DNA from: Takakia lepidozioides
Lineage: Eukaryota; Plantae; Bryophyta
Assembly (NCBI GenBank): GCA_030704615.1
Contig: CM060734.1
Span: 35,588,001-35,652,000 of the forward strand
DNA length: 64,000 nucleotides
Reading direction: 5' to 3'
This document shows, piece by piece, positions 1 through 10,768 of the stretch. Numbering within the stretch: the stretch's first letter is position 1; each line of letters begins with the position of its first letter. The notes under the pieces are model-generated. The model made no database searches and was not told where the DNA came from. It was given only the letters and a program-made list of their open reading frames with translations. The position numbers and the translations under genes are program-made.

Positions 1-729
1 TCCATAGATGAAATATGGATGTCATCCACTCAAGTCAAGTCTTTATGCTTATTCTCTCTATGCTTATTGAGCTTTCTTTTAATTAGTGGATGGTCCGGCT
101 GAGAAAGTTCAGAAAGTTCAGAAAATGCAAAAATCAGGATTGAAGTAAATTACAACAGATTCATACAGATAACATGCTACATGCGGGTTTGAGAGTTTTG
201 TTTGTTGAACCTGTACGAAATAGAGTCCTATTGAGAAGTTTGACAATCCCAGTGCCCCCAGCCGCAACTTCGCCAACCCCAAGCACTCCACCTGCACCAA
301 GCCCCTCACCAAGCCTGCTCCCCTCTACTCCTCTGACCCCTGCAGCAACCACAACCACAACCACAACCAACTTAGCATACCCTGAAGATAGGAAAAAACT
401 ACTTACACTGGTACTCAAACCAGTAGTTGTAGTGTTTGTGGCGGCACCAAATTGGAAGCCACTAGTGAGTCACTTGAAACCCAACCCACATAATACTAGA
501 ACTATCTAGAAAGTCAACTAGTGAACTACTAAAAATAGCTAGTGACTACCTACCTACGTGGCCCACACCCTACATTCATGGGCCATGTGCTCCCCCATTT
601 TGTTTTTGGGTTTGACACCTCACAAGTTAAATTATCCCAACCCACAACCCCTCTCCCTGCCACCTCATTCGTCAAACCCTCTAATTCCTGGACCACAGTA
701 ACTCCTGGACCACTCTAGAATCAGCGCCG

Positions 730-2252
730 AATGAAACTGCTCTACATATTTGCTGAGAATCAAATACATCAAATACAAAATTTTCTGAATTTTGGATGGA
801 GAATTATTCCAGTAAGTTGTAGAGACTCTGAACACATCCATTTATCTCAACACGTCCCACATTTTGGTGATTTTGAATTTTATTAGATAGAAAAACAATT
901 CCCAAAACATGCCTAACCCATGAACTGTTTGGTGATGTGGCACACTAACCAACACCTTACCAGTCTTTATCTCAAAACATTAATTTTATTCTTAAGTGTA
1001 ATTAGGGTCTAAAATAGGTCACTCATGGAGGGTTCAGGGACATCCACATTTCGATCTAGATAGCAGTGTGAAAAGGGGCAATCATATGGCAAAGATATTT
1101 TGTTGACAGAGAGGAGGAGGGTCGTAGGCAAAGACAGGCAGGGTGTGCGGGTAGCATCCCTGTAAGAAGGTCTCGTGCTGAACATCCTGCAAGCCAGGTT
1201 CCATCTCGTTGGAAGGATTGTCGAGATGGGCTCTGATAGTTGAAAGAGAGCCGGGCCAAGGAGTGGAAGCGATCTGGCATGGAAGCGGAAGAGAAACACG
1301 TGTAGGATTGACAGTCCTGGAAAGAAGAGTAGCGCCGGTCTGAACAGATTGGCGCCTACAGGTGCTCCTTGGTCTCATGACGGATCGAGGACTTAGTGGA
1401 CAGAGGTGAATGTTTGCATTCCTCAGCAATCTCTTACGTACACAAGTTCTTGCAGCACCTCGTGGATCTCTCCTATCCACATGTCGATCTACAGGTTCAT
1501 CCTGACTCTGATCTGCTCGGTGTTTGCATTCCTACCCTTTATATTGATGTTAAAAGGCGTGAAGTCTTGCTACATATTACCTGTACCTGACATTTGCACT
1601 CAGGGGCATCCCTAAGTTTTCAAATTTTGGTTGGCAGGACTCTGGCTCACCTCAATCCCTTGGATACTTGTAAAGGTGGACATCAGATACCAGGAGAGCT
1701 GACACAAAGCTGCACTATGTGGATAGCATGCGTACTGCCAATTGTCTAAGAGTAACATGACTCCCACATAGAGTACAGAGGGAGAGAGGATACACGACGG
1801 AGCTACACAGTACACCTGTGCAGCACCTCTTCAAATTATTAATGACGTAAAGCCTTATTTTAGGTAGCTACTTAGGGTAGCATGACTCCCACACAGACAG
1901 AGGGAGAGAGGACATACCAACTGAGCAGCTGCACAGTACCATCACTACTGCACATCCATCCTCTCTAAATTATTGTCACTGTACATAGCCTACGGCACGA
2001 AGTGATCAGGTCCCATGTCTTAGAACAGAAAACTTCTCCAACCATATTAACCGGACCTGCCTCATGAGGCCCATGCTACTCTATCTCAGTGGCGGCTCAC
2101 TCATTGGCGCAGGTGGAAGGTGGCCAAGCACAGCAGGGAGCATCGATGGTTCTTCCCTGCAAGCAGTCGCAGACAACTGATTTGCATCTCGTCCCTCCTC
2201 AGTGAAGCAGTTCTCGCTGGTGAATATGAGTATGAAGACGCTGAACTTGCAA
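730..2252 (-). pseudogene. 3' exons and flank of Cys-rich gene family, copy A (degenerate)
   Basis: Blocks here recur at 20600-20904/23595-24500, 26230-26780, 33540-34130 and 34230-34990. An AG..GT-bounded exon-like segment lies near 1650-1735. Frames contain stops. Confidence 0.5.
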
Positions 2253-2790
2253 AAATAATATTTTAATATTTATGTTATTATTGCAAGTTCAGCATCTTCA
2301 TATTCACATTCACCAGCGAGAACTGCTTACCGAGGAGGGACTGAACTATATAGCAGATTGTTAGATGATGCTTTTATGGCAAATAGCTTCAAGTTAATAT
2401 TGCATGGACAAGTTTGGCATGGAGAGTGGCATGGAGTTGGCATGCACAGTGGCATAGAGTAGCATGCGCCCCATGCGACAGGTCAGGTTAATATGGCATG
2501 GACATGTTTTCCGTTCTAAGACCTGGGGCCTGATCATTCCCTGCAGTAATTAAGCTATGTACATACAATAAGGCTAGGCCATGGACAATAATTTGAAGAG
2601 GATGCATGCGCAGTACGTAGTAATGAACAGGTGTACTCTGTAGCTTGGTCTCATATCCTCTCTCCCTCTGTCTCCCTGTAACTACACTTAGACAATTTCA
2701 ATACACTCATGAATTTGACTTTTTTATTAAATTCCATGTGTATCTGATGTCCACCTTTACAGGTAACCAAGAAATCTATCGAGGTAAACC
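1650..2790. repeat. Long imperfect inverted duplication centred near 2265
   Basis: Arm ~2192-2252 is the reverse complement of ~2281-2341; ~2005-2085 pairs with ~2455-2535; TGTAAAGGTGGACATCAGATAC (~1670) pairs with GTATCTGATGTCCACCTTTACA (~2740). Confidence 0.8.
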
Positions 2791-2850
2791 AAATTAGTTC
2801 TGCATAGTTTTGTACAAGTGAGCCTAGTAGCTTGTCAGATTCTTACGATC

Positions 2851-2994
2851 CTCTTCTTCAAGATGAGGAAGTACTGCAGATTGTCAAATGGGAATGTAGG
2901 TATTATGCATGTTGGAAAACCACTCTTCTTCAAGATGAGGAAGTACTGCAGATTGTCAAATGGGAATGTAGGTATTATGCATGTTGGGAAACCA
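2851..2994. repeat. 72-bp tandem duplication spanning the left TRIM junction
   Basis: CTCTTCTTCAAGATGAGG...TGTTGG(A/G)AAACCA occurs at 2851 and 2923. Confidence 0.9.
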
Positions 2995-3002
2995 CTGGCA
3001 TA

Positions 3003-3074
3003 TGGTCGGGCTAGGGATTGAACCTAGGACCTCCCCCATTTCGGTGGGGTGCTCTACCATTGAGCTACCTGTCC
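3003..3074 (-). ncRNA. tRNA-derived sequence (Pol III A/B boxes) in TRIM 3' LTR
   Basis: GGACAGG TA GCTC AATGGTA GAGC A CCCCA CCGAAAT GGGGG AGGTC CTAGG TTCAATC CCTAG CCCGACC A: canonical spacing, but C at position 33 and acceptor-stem mismatches. Confidence 0.75.
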
Positions 3075-3222
3075 CTTTTTGTTCTCAGAGTGCCGTGCAA
3101 GGGCTATAGCCTTGACACCTCCAACACTCCCCCTCAAGGCATAGCCCTTATGCTAATGCCCACCCATTCTGACCACCGCCCCAACCTTGGCTCTGATACC
3201 ATGTTGGAAAACCACTGGCGTA

Positions 3223-3294
3223 TGGTCTGGCTAGGGATTGAACCTAGGACCTCCCCCATTCCGGTGGGGTGCTCTACCATTGAGCTACCCGTCC
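3223..3294 (-). ncRNA. tRNA-derived sequence (Pol III A/B boxes) in TRIM 5' LTR
   Basis: Same cloverleaf; the anticodon position reads GGA here and GAA in the other LTR. Confidence 0.75.
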
Positions 3295-4155
3295 CTTTCT
3301 GTTCTCAGAGTGCCGTGCAAGGGCTATAGCCTTGACACCTCCAACACTGCAAAGAGAGCAGATCCAGCAGAGTATACGAAAGAGTACACGAAGCATAGCA
3401 GCTTATCAGATTCCACATGCATCTCATTCTGGGAGGACTCTCCGTCCAGTCATGCCTGGGCTTATAATGATTATAGGCGGCTAGTCTCATGACAATTCCA
3501 AATACGAACTGTGATGTTCCATATCTCAATATATAGTCTGTTGACGAAGTCGATCACTGTTACTCGATCTTGTTGCAGAAAAGCTCAGCAATTTCATTGC
3601 GAAAGGGAAGTGCGGTCCTAGCGGCTCATATTTGACTAGTTGCACCAAGGAGGGAGGAGATAATTATACCAAGGGGAACAGATATTTCCCCGTCTCAAAA
3701 TGCGGGGAAAGGTGTGCTTGTCCACCAGGCATCTGCGCCAAGGAGCGACTATCTAGTGGCACAGTAAGGAAGGGGTCTCAAATGGCAGCGGCTGGTCCCA
3801 GGTCAGGAATGGAAGACCTAGGGCTTAATTCTTTGCATTAGCTACATGCCATAAGCCTTCACATGCCATCATTAGTTTGAAGAGGATACATGCGCAGAAG
3901 CGATACACCCGGGTGTAGGTTAATCATATATGATGAGGCTCTCTCTCTCTCTCTAGGTAGAAATCCTGCATCGAGGATTACAAATGGAGTACTCTAGTGC
4001 GCTGAAGTGGATTTGATGAGGTTTGTATAGCAAGCAGAGCAGATCATAATAAGGACATACTAAGATGAGCTAGAATGCAGGTGTATCTTGCTATGCATTA
4101 GTGGTCCCCAGCATGTAATTCGTTCTGATTGCAGCAATAGCTCTCCCTGCACCTA

Positions 4156-4928
4156 TGTTAGGTGCCTTGAACAAAGATCGAGACGTGTCAACCAGTTTGG
4201 TGAAGCAAGTGACTGCTAGAATATCGCCGAACTGACAGTTGCAGGTAAAATGGAGCAGGCTCGTGTGCATGAAGAGATCCACGATTAGGGATTTTGAAGA
4301 AGGCTTGGAGATGGCAAGTGTGGAGAAGATGAGGATGATGGTGTACTGGCGGCGAGAGCAGATCTGCTCTCGACAGGAAATCAGACTTAGCATGGCGTGG
4401 TGGTTGGGTGGACCGGATGCTGTAACCGGTGTTGTGCTTACAGAGTTGTAAGTCGATGTTAGAATAGACGTCACAGGCCTTTGTTGGTTTGTAGCAGCAG
4501 CAGGGGCTATGATCTCTCTTTTGTACAGAGCGATGGTGTAAATACTATGACTAAGGTCTCACAAGTGCTAATTTGAAAAGGGGCAGTTTAGAGTTGATTC
4601 TAGTCACTGTTTGTGAATACACTTCCGTGAAGAACAGGGCTGAACTATCTTTGGACTGGAGTGATCTCTGTTACGATCTGAACCAAAGAATTGTGACTGG
4701 AATAAGAGAGGCTGGTTACCAGGGATCCATACTGGTTTTGGATTGAATTGAGGCCCTATGATTATGAAGAGAGAAGTGCCTTGGAAATGTTGTTGATTTT
4801 CCTGTTGGATGTAATCAAGCAAGTAGTTTTCTTTGGAGTTTTGGTAAATACCCTATGAACAGCAAAACAAGCAGAGCGCCTGAAATTGGTCATAGTTGGA
4901 TAGAGGAAAGAGTGTCAGACCTCTTTCA
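4156..4928 (+). repeat. 5' LTR of Gypsy element 1
   Basis: Direct repeat of 9649-10420, followed by the PBS. Confidence 0.95.
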
Positions 4929-5007
4929 AGTGGTATCAGAGCAGGTTTGCGATCGGGGAGAACAGATCGTCAGTTTTGGAATTTCTAGAAATTGGGTAAT
5001 TGTGTGA

Positions 5008-8000
5008 ATGAGCCAGATCTCGTTCGACTCTATGAGCACACACCCTGGTGACGACGATCAGGATAGTGAAATGGCTGGAGACCGTGAGCGCTCAGATGCG
5101 GCCAGTCTGCACCGAGCTTCAGATCGCGAACATGGGAGTCAGTTGTTTTCCCAGCAGCAGATGGAGGCCTTAGGTACTTTGATTCGATCTGAGATACAGA
5201 AATTGGCCCCTGCACAAGCTCAAACTGAAAAACGATCTAGGGATCTGCCTATGAGTGAGCCACTGAATGAGGACGAATCTGAGGCCGATTCCCATGAGGC
5301 CAAGATGAAAAGAAGCAAGGAAGTCACCAGGGAGATCAGAAGATTGGTGAAGTTGCCAGAATTCTATGGTAAGCCATCTGTCAAGCCTGAGGAAATATTG
5401 TCTTTCCTGGATACATTAGAAGAGTTCTTTGAGGACGATTATTTAGAGGAAGCCAAGATACAGACAGCTGCTCTACAGCTCCATGATGCCGCCAAGCTAT
5501 GGTGGTCGCGCCAGAAGCAGGAACGCCGTGAACACAAGAAACCACTTGTGGATAGTTGAGCTATGTTTAAGACACTGTTCTTAGCCCACTACCTACCTGG
5601 CGACTATGCACACAAGATGAAAGTTGAATTGTTCTGGCTGAAACAGGAGACTCTGAGCGTGGGAGAGTTTAAGACGAGATTTGAAACCCATGCCAGTTAT
5701 TTCCCCTCGTTGAGTGAAGAGGACAGAGTTGATTTTTTTGTTGATGGCCTCAGTGATTCTCTCAAATTTAAGGTCAAAGCCCACAACCCTTGTACCGAGG
5801 CAGAAGCATATCGTTTGGCCTGTAATTTTGAGAACGAAGTGAGGGCACAACGTTCTTCAAATTTTGCTCGTGGCACGGCAGAGTTCAAGCCTAGATCATC
5901 TCGTCCTTGGCAGTCACCAGCGAAGAGAGGGAATTGGAAGAGGTTTAAACCAGTTAAGAAGGTGGGGATCAAACTATACAGAGACCGCCAATGAGGGCTT
6001 CTCCAAGGCTCAGTTTCAAAGAGCAGGAAGAACACAGGCGTAAGGGTTTGTGTTTCTTGTGCCATGAACCCGGACACAGAGCTGCTGAGTGTATGAAGTA
6101 CCCGAATAATCGTCAAGCTCGACAGATAGCCGCCTTGACAGTTGAAGGACCTACAGAACCTTGTGCGGTTGTTGAAATTGGGGAGAAGTTAGGACAAGAA
6201 AGAGGGAAAGGTCCTAACGTGCGGGTTTCTGCAGCTATCATTGGAGACCAAATAGAGCATGACCCCAGCGTGATACGGGTTCAGGGGAGAGTGGCTGGAA
6301 TTCCCACTCAAGTGCTGATTGATACAGGCAGCACTCATAACCTGTTGTCAAAGAATTTTGCTGACAAGTTGGGACTAGTTCAAGAAGACATGCAACCCTG
6401 TCAAATCTTGTTACCAGATGGTGGCGTGGATTCTACGCACAAATACATCCCAAGGGTACCGATGGTCATGCAAGGAGTACAAACTATGGCTGACTTTGAG
6501 GTCTAAGAGGGAGCTCGGTACGACTGCATCCTTGGCATGCGGTGGCTGGATCCGGTTGATGCTGTGGTGGCTTGCAAATCCGGACTGATTAGTGGTACCT
6601 TGCCCAACGGGAAGGGATTCAATATCAAAGGTACTAGAGCTCTTCCCAATGTATCTGTCTTGTCAGCTATTCAAATGAAGAGATGTATGCGGAAGGGAAA
6701 TGCTTAGCTTTTTACTGTTAGCTTGCATGAGATCTTGGAAACAAATCAGGGAGAAGGGAAGTCACATCCCAGACTTAGCCTGATCCTGAATGAATATAAA
6801 GATATGTTTCCTGATGAGCTCCCTGGGATGCCCCCTGAACGGGAGGTTGATCATGCTATTGAGTTGATGTCAGATGTTGTACCGGTTGCAAGGGCACCGT
6901 ACAGGCATTCAATTGCAGAAAGCGAAGAGTTAGAAAAGCAGTTGAATGACCTGTTGGAAAAGGGGTATATACGTCCAAGTAAATCCCCTTGGGGTGCCCC
7001 TGTAATGTTTAAGAAGAAGAAAGATGGGACTTTGAGACTGTGTGTGGACTATAGATGGTTGAATAAGGTCACCATCAAGAATAAGTTTCATTTGCCTCGT
7101 GTGGACGATTTGTTTGACTATCTATATGGGAGTCAGGTTTTTTCAAAACTTGATCTTCGGTCTGGATATCATCAGATACGGATCAAGAATTCTGACATAC
7201 CAAAGACAGGATTTTGATCTCGTTTTGGTCATTACGAATTCTTGGTGATGCCATTTGGGCTCACGAATGCTCCAGCAACATTTACTCATGTGATGAACTC
7301 TCTGTTCCAGAAATATTTGGGGAAGATGGTCCTAGTCTACATGGATGATATACTAATATACTCGAAGTCTGAAGAAGAACATGAACTGCATTTACGCTTG
7401 GTTTTGGACATACTGAGAGAGAACCACCTGTTTGCTAAGAGAAGCAAGTGTGAATTCTTTGTAGACCACATGGATTACTTGGGATTTTGCATTTCCAAAG
7501 ATGGAATCTCAATTGATCCTAAGAAAGTCCAGACAGTGGTTGATTGGCCTAAACCAAGTGATAAGACTGAGGTTAGGAGCTTTATTGGGTTTGCTAGCTT
7601 CCTACGGAAGTTTGTTAAATCTTTTTCACAGATTGCAACCCCATTAACTGACCTGCTTAAGGACTCGAGTCCTATAAGCTTGAAGGATGTCTGGACAAGA
7701 GAATGTGACAACAGTTTCGAGAAATTGAAGTTTGCCTTAACACATGCTCCTGTACTAAAATTGCTCGACCCTACGAAGGGAGCAATAGTGTTGTGTACTG
7801 ATGCAAGTGATCTTGCTATTGGAGTTGTGCTGATGCAAGATGGGCAAGTGATTGCCTACGAATCTCGAAAGATCAGTCCAGCAGAGAAGAATTACCCAAC
7901 TCATGAAAAAGAACTGTTGGCAATAGTTCATGCTCTGAAGATATGGAGGCATTACCTGCTTCCAGTTGATTTTGTGATAGAAACTGACCATCAGAGTTTG

Positions 8001-9617
8001 AAATACTTGACCACACAACCTCATTTGAGTCAGAGGCAGATTATGTGGTCAGAACTGCTTCAGCAGTTCCATTATGACCTAAAGTATGTCAAGGGGAAAG
8101 ATAATGTAGTTGCTGATGCACTTTCTAGGAGACCATTACGAGCTAATGTTGTCTCATGCGTCAGTAGCACTATATTTCAAGACATTAAAGGTCAATATGA
8201 GGTCGATGAATTCTTCAAAGAGCCATTCAAGAGTTTGTCTCGTGACCAAAGAACTTCTATTGAGAGAGAGAAGTACCGGCCATACCGCTTGAGAGATGGG
8301 GTGTTATTTTATGATGGTCGGCTGTGTGTTCTCCTGATTCCAGACTTGAGATTGTGGTTTATTCATGACAATCACAATATTCCAATCTCTGGACACCCGG
8401 GCTTTCAGAGAACCTATTGGTCAATACGGAAGTACTATTTTTGGCCAGGTATGAAGAGAGAAATTAGAGAGTATGTGCAGAAATGTTTCCCATGTCAGGT
8501 TTCGGAGTCAGAGAGAGTCAGACCTCCTAGATTATTACAACCATTATCTGTTCCTGGATGGAATTGGGAGTCCATTAGCATGGATTTCATTGTGGCATTA
8601 CCCAGGACCAGAAGTGGCCATGACAGTATCATGGTGGTTGTAGATAGGCTGTCTAAGATAGCCCACTTGATACCTACAAGGATGAATGCTACGGCATCTG
8701 ATGTTGCATCCTTGTACATGAAAGAGATATTCAGAATCCATGGTCTGCCTCGGGAGATTATTTGTGATAGGGACTCAAAGTTCACAAGTCATTTTTGGAT
8801 TGACTTGTTTAAGAAATTGGGAACCAAGGTGAAACTGAGTACGGCCTTTCACCCAGAAACAGATGCCCAAACAGAAAGGACCAACCGTACAATTGAAGAT
8901 ATGTTGAGGATGTACGTTGGTGAAAGACAGTCATCTTGGGAACAATATATGTATATGGTGGAATTTGCTTATAACAAGCATTTCCACAGTGCCATTGGCA
9001 TGAGCCCATTTGAAGCTTTATATGGACGAGATTGCTTGGCTCCTGCTTCGCTTATTACACCACCATCAAATGTGCAGAGTGTAAATGACAGGATCAAAGA
9101 GATCCACTCTGTCCTAGATCTGGTGAAGCGTAGTATGCAGGCTGCACAAGAAAGGGCAAAGTTCTTTGCTGATAAGCACAGGACTTTTCGTGAATTTGCC
9201 ATTGGTGATATGGTGTTTTTGAAAGTTACACCTAAAAGAAGCAATTTAACACTCGGCAAGTGTTATAAGTTATCACCAAGATTTTGTGGCCCGTTTAAAA
9301 TCCTGGAACGCCATGGCACAGTGGCCTATGAGTTGGATTTTCCTCCAACATGGAAGATCCATAAAACTTTCCATGTCAGCCTTCTCCGGAGGTATATGTC
9401 AGACCCATCACACATCTTGCCAACGTTGCCTCAAGCCATGAATGATGGTCAGCTGATGGCTGAACCCGAAAAGATTCTAGAAACGCGAGTGAAGCACCTG
9501 TGCAACCATTCTTGGAATGAACATTTGATTAAGTGGTTGCATTACCCAGAGACAGAAGCTACTTGGGAGAAAGAAAATGAATTGACATTGAGTTACCCCT
9601 CATTTTTCTGTCATTGA
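5008..9617 (+). pseudogene. gag-pol: gag-pol polyprotein (Gag, CCHC knuckle, protease, RT, RNase H, integrase, chromodomain), disrupted
   Basis: AKLWW Gag; CFLCHEPGHRAAEC; LIDTGSTH; [22 protein letters not shown]; TDAS..IAYES; ISMDF..DRDSKF..QTER; EPEKIL..HLIKW..EATWE. Stops at 5557, 6504, 7215; frameshift near 5990. Confidence 0.95.
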
Positions 9618-9648
9618 GGACAATGACCTGTCTTTGGGAGGAGGAGTT

Positions 9649-10420
9649 TGTTAGGTGCCTTGAACAAAGATCGAGACCTGTCAACCAGTTTGGCGAAGCA
9701 AGTGACTGCTAGAATATCGCCGAACTGACAGTTGCAGGTAAAATGGAGCAGGCTCGCATGCATGAAGAGATCCACGATTAGGGATTTTGAAGAAGGCTTG
9801 GAGATGGCAAGTGTGGAGAAGATGAGGATGATGGTGTATTGGCGGCGAGAGCAGATCTGCTCTCGACATGAAATCAGACTTAGCATGGCGTGGTGGTCGG
9901 GTGGACCGGATGTTGTAACCGGTGCTATGCTTACAGAGTTGTAAGTCGATGTTAGAATAGACGTCACAAGCCTTTGTTGGTCTGTAGCAGCAGCAGGGGC
10001 TATGATCTCTCTTTTGTACAGAGTGATGGTGTAAATACTATGACTAAGGTCTCACAAGTGCTGATTTGAAAAGTTGCAGTTTAGAGTTGATTCTAGTCAC
10101 TGTTTGTGAATACACTTCCGTGAAAATAGGGCTGAACTATCTTTGGACTGGAGTGATCTCTGTTACGATCTGAACCAAAGAATTGTGACTGGAATAAGAG
10201 AGGCTGGTTACCAGGGATCCATACTGGTTTTGGATTGAATTGAGGCCCTATGATTATGAAGAGAGAAGTGCCTTGGAAATGTTGTTGATTTTCCTGTTGG
10301 ATGTAATCAAGCAAGTAGTTTTCTTTGGAGTTTTGGTAAATACCCTGTGAACAGCAAAACAAGCAGAGCGCCTGAAATTGGTCATAGTTGGACAGAGGAA
10401 AGAGTGTCAGACCTCTTTCA
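9649..10420 (+). repeat. 3' LTR of Gypsy element 1
   Basis: Preceded by the PPT, followed by the TSD. Confidence 0.95.
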
Positions 10421-10576
10421 ACCTACCCACTGAGAAACTCAAGAAGACATAAGTGAGATCACCCTAAGTTGAGCTAAGGTTGCAGCTCTCGAAGCATTTT
10501 CCCCCGGGAACAAAAGATCTTACTCCTCTATCATGCGCCTCTCATGCGCGCACCAATCCTAGAATGAAACACTTAC

Positions 10577-10768
10577 ATGCACGTTTTACCGCACCCGCAG
10601 TGGCAGCAGCAGGATCCATGATCACATGACATTGCGCTTCTGGGAGGTTTGAGTGCCAGGAAAAGGAAAAAAGTCTCCGAAAAGCAAGAACGTAGCTAGC
10701 ACCAGACTTTCAACATTAGAGCAGTGAGAGATGAGTCTCATGTGAGTCTGAGCTTGGTCGCTTTTATA
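10577..10768 (-). pseudogene. Cys-rich gene copy A: TATA, leader intron and first coding exon MSCDHGSCCCHCGCGKTC; Gypsy 1 sits in the following intron
   Basis: TATAAAA rc 10762-10768; ATG 10632; phase-2 donor GTAAGT after 10577; homologous to copies B and C. Confidence 0.65.

Larger units (their letters stand above)
2982..3346 (-). mobile_element. TRIM (non-autonomous LTR retrotransposon) with tRNA-like LTRs, Helenus-type architecture
   Basis: 145-bp LTRs 2982-3126 and 3202-3346 with TGTTGG..CCAACA termini. The 75-bp internal region has a tRNA-Met PBS (TGGTATCAGAGCC, rc 3189-3201) and PPT (TGAGGGGGAG). TSD ATGCA/CTGCA; the paralogous empty site near 35595 has a single CTGCA. Confidence 0.92.
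4156..10420 (+). mobile_element. Full-length Ty3/Gypsy chromovirus LTR retrotransposon (inactivated)
   Basis: LTRs 4156-4928 and 9649-10420 (TG..CA, ~97% identical by eye); TSD ACCTA at 4151-4155 and 10421-10425; PBS TGGTATCAGAGC 4931-4942; PPT GGGAGGAGGAG 9636-9646. Confidence 0.97.

Noticed and set aside
118-509. Pro/Thr-rich or Gly/Val-rich ORFs
   Set aside because: Low complexity with an (ACAACC)n tract; no domain or reliable gene structure.
3003-3294. Functional tRNA genes
   Set aside because: C33 in place of invariant U33, acceptor mismatches, different anticodons in the two copies, and both lie inside LTRs.
4091-4822. ORFs within LTRs (also 9611-10362, 36737-37667, 55205-56173, 57468-58082)
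   Set aside because: Duplicated only because they are in LTRs; no recognisable domains.
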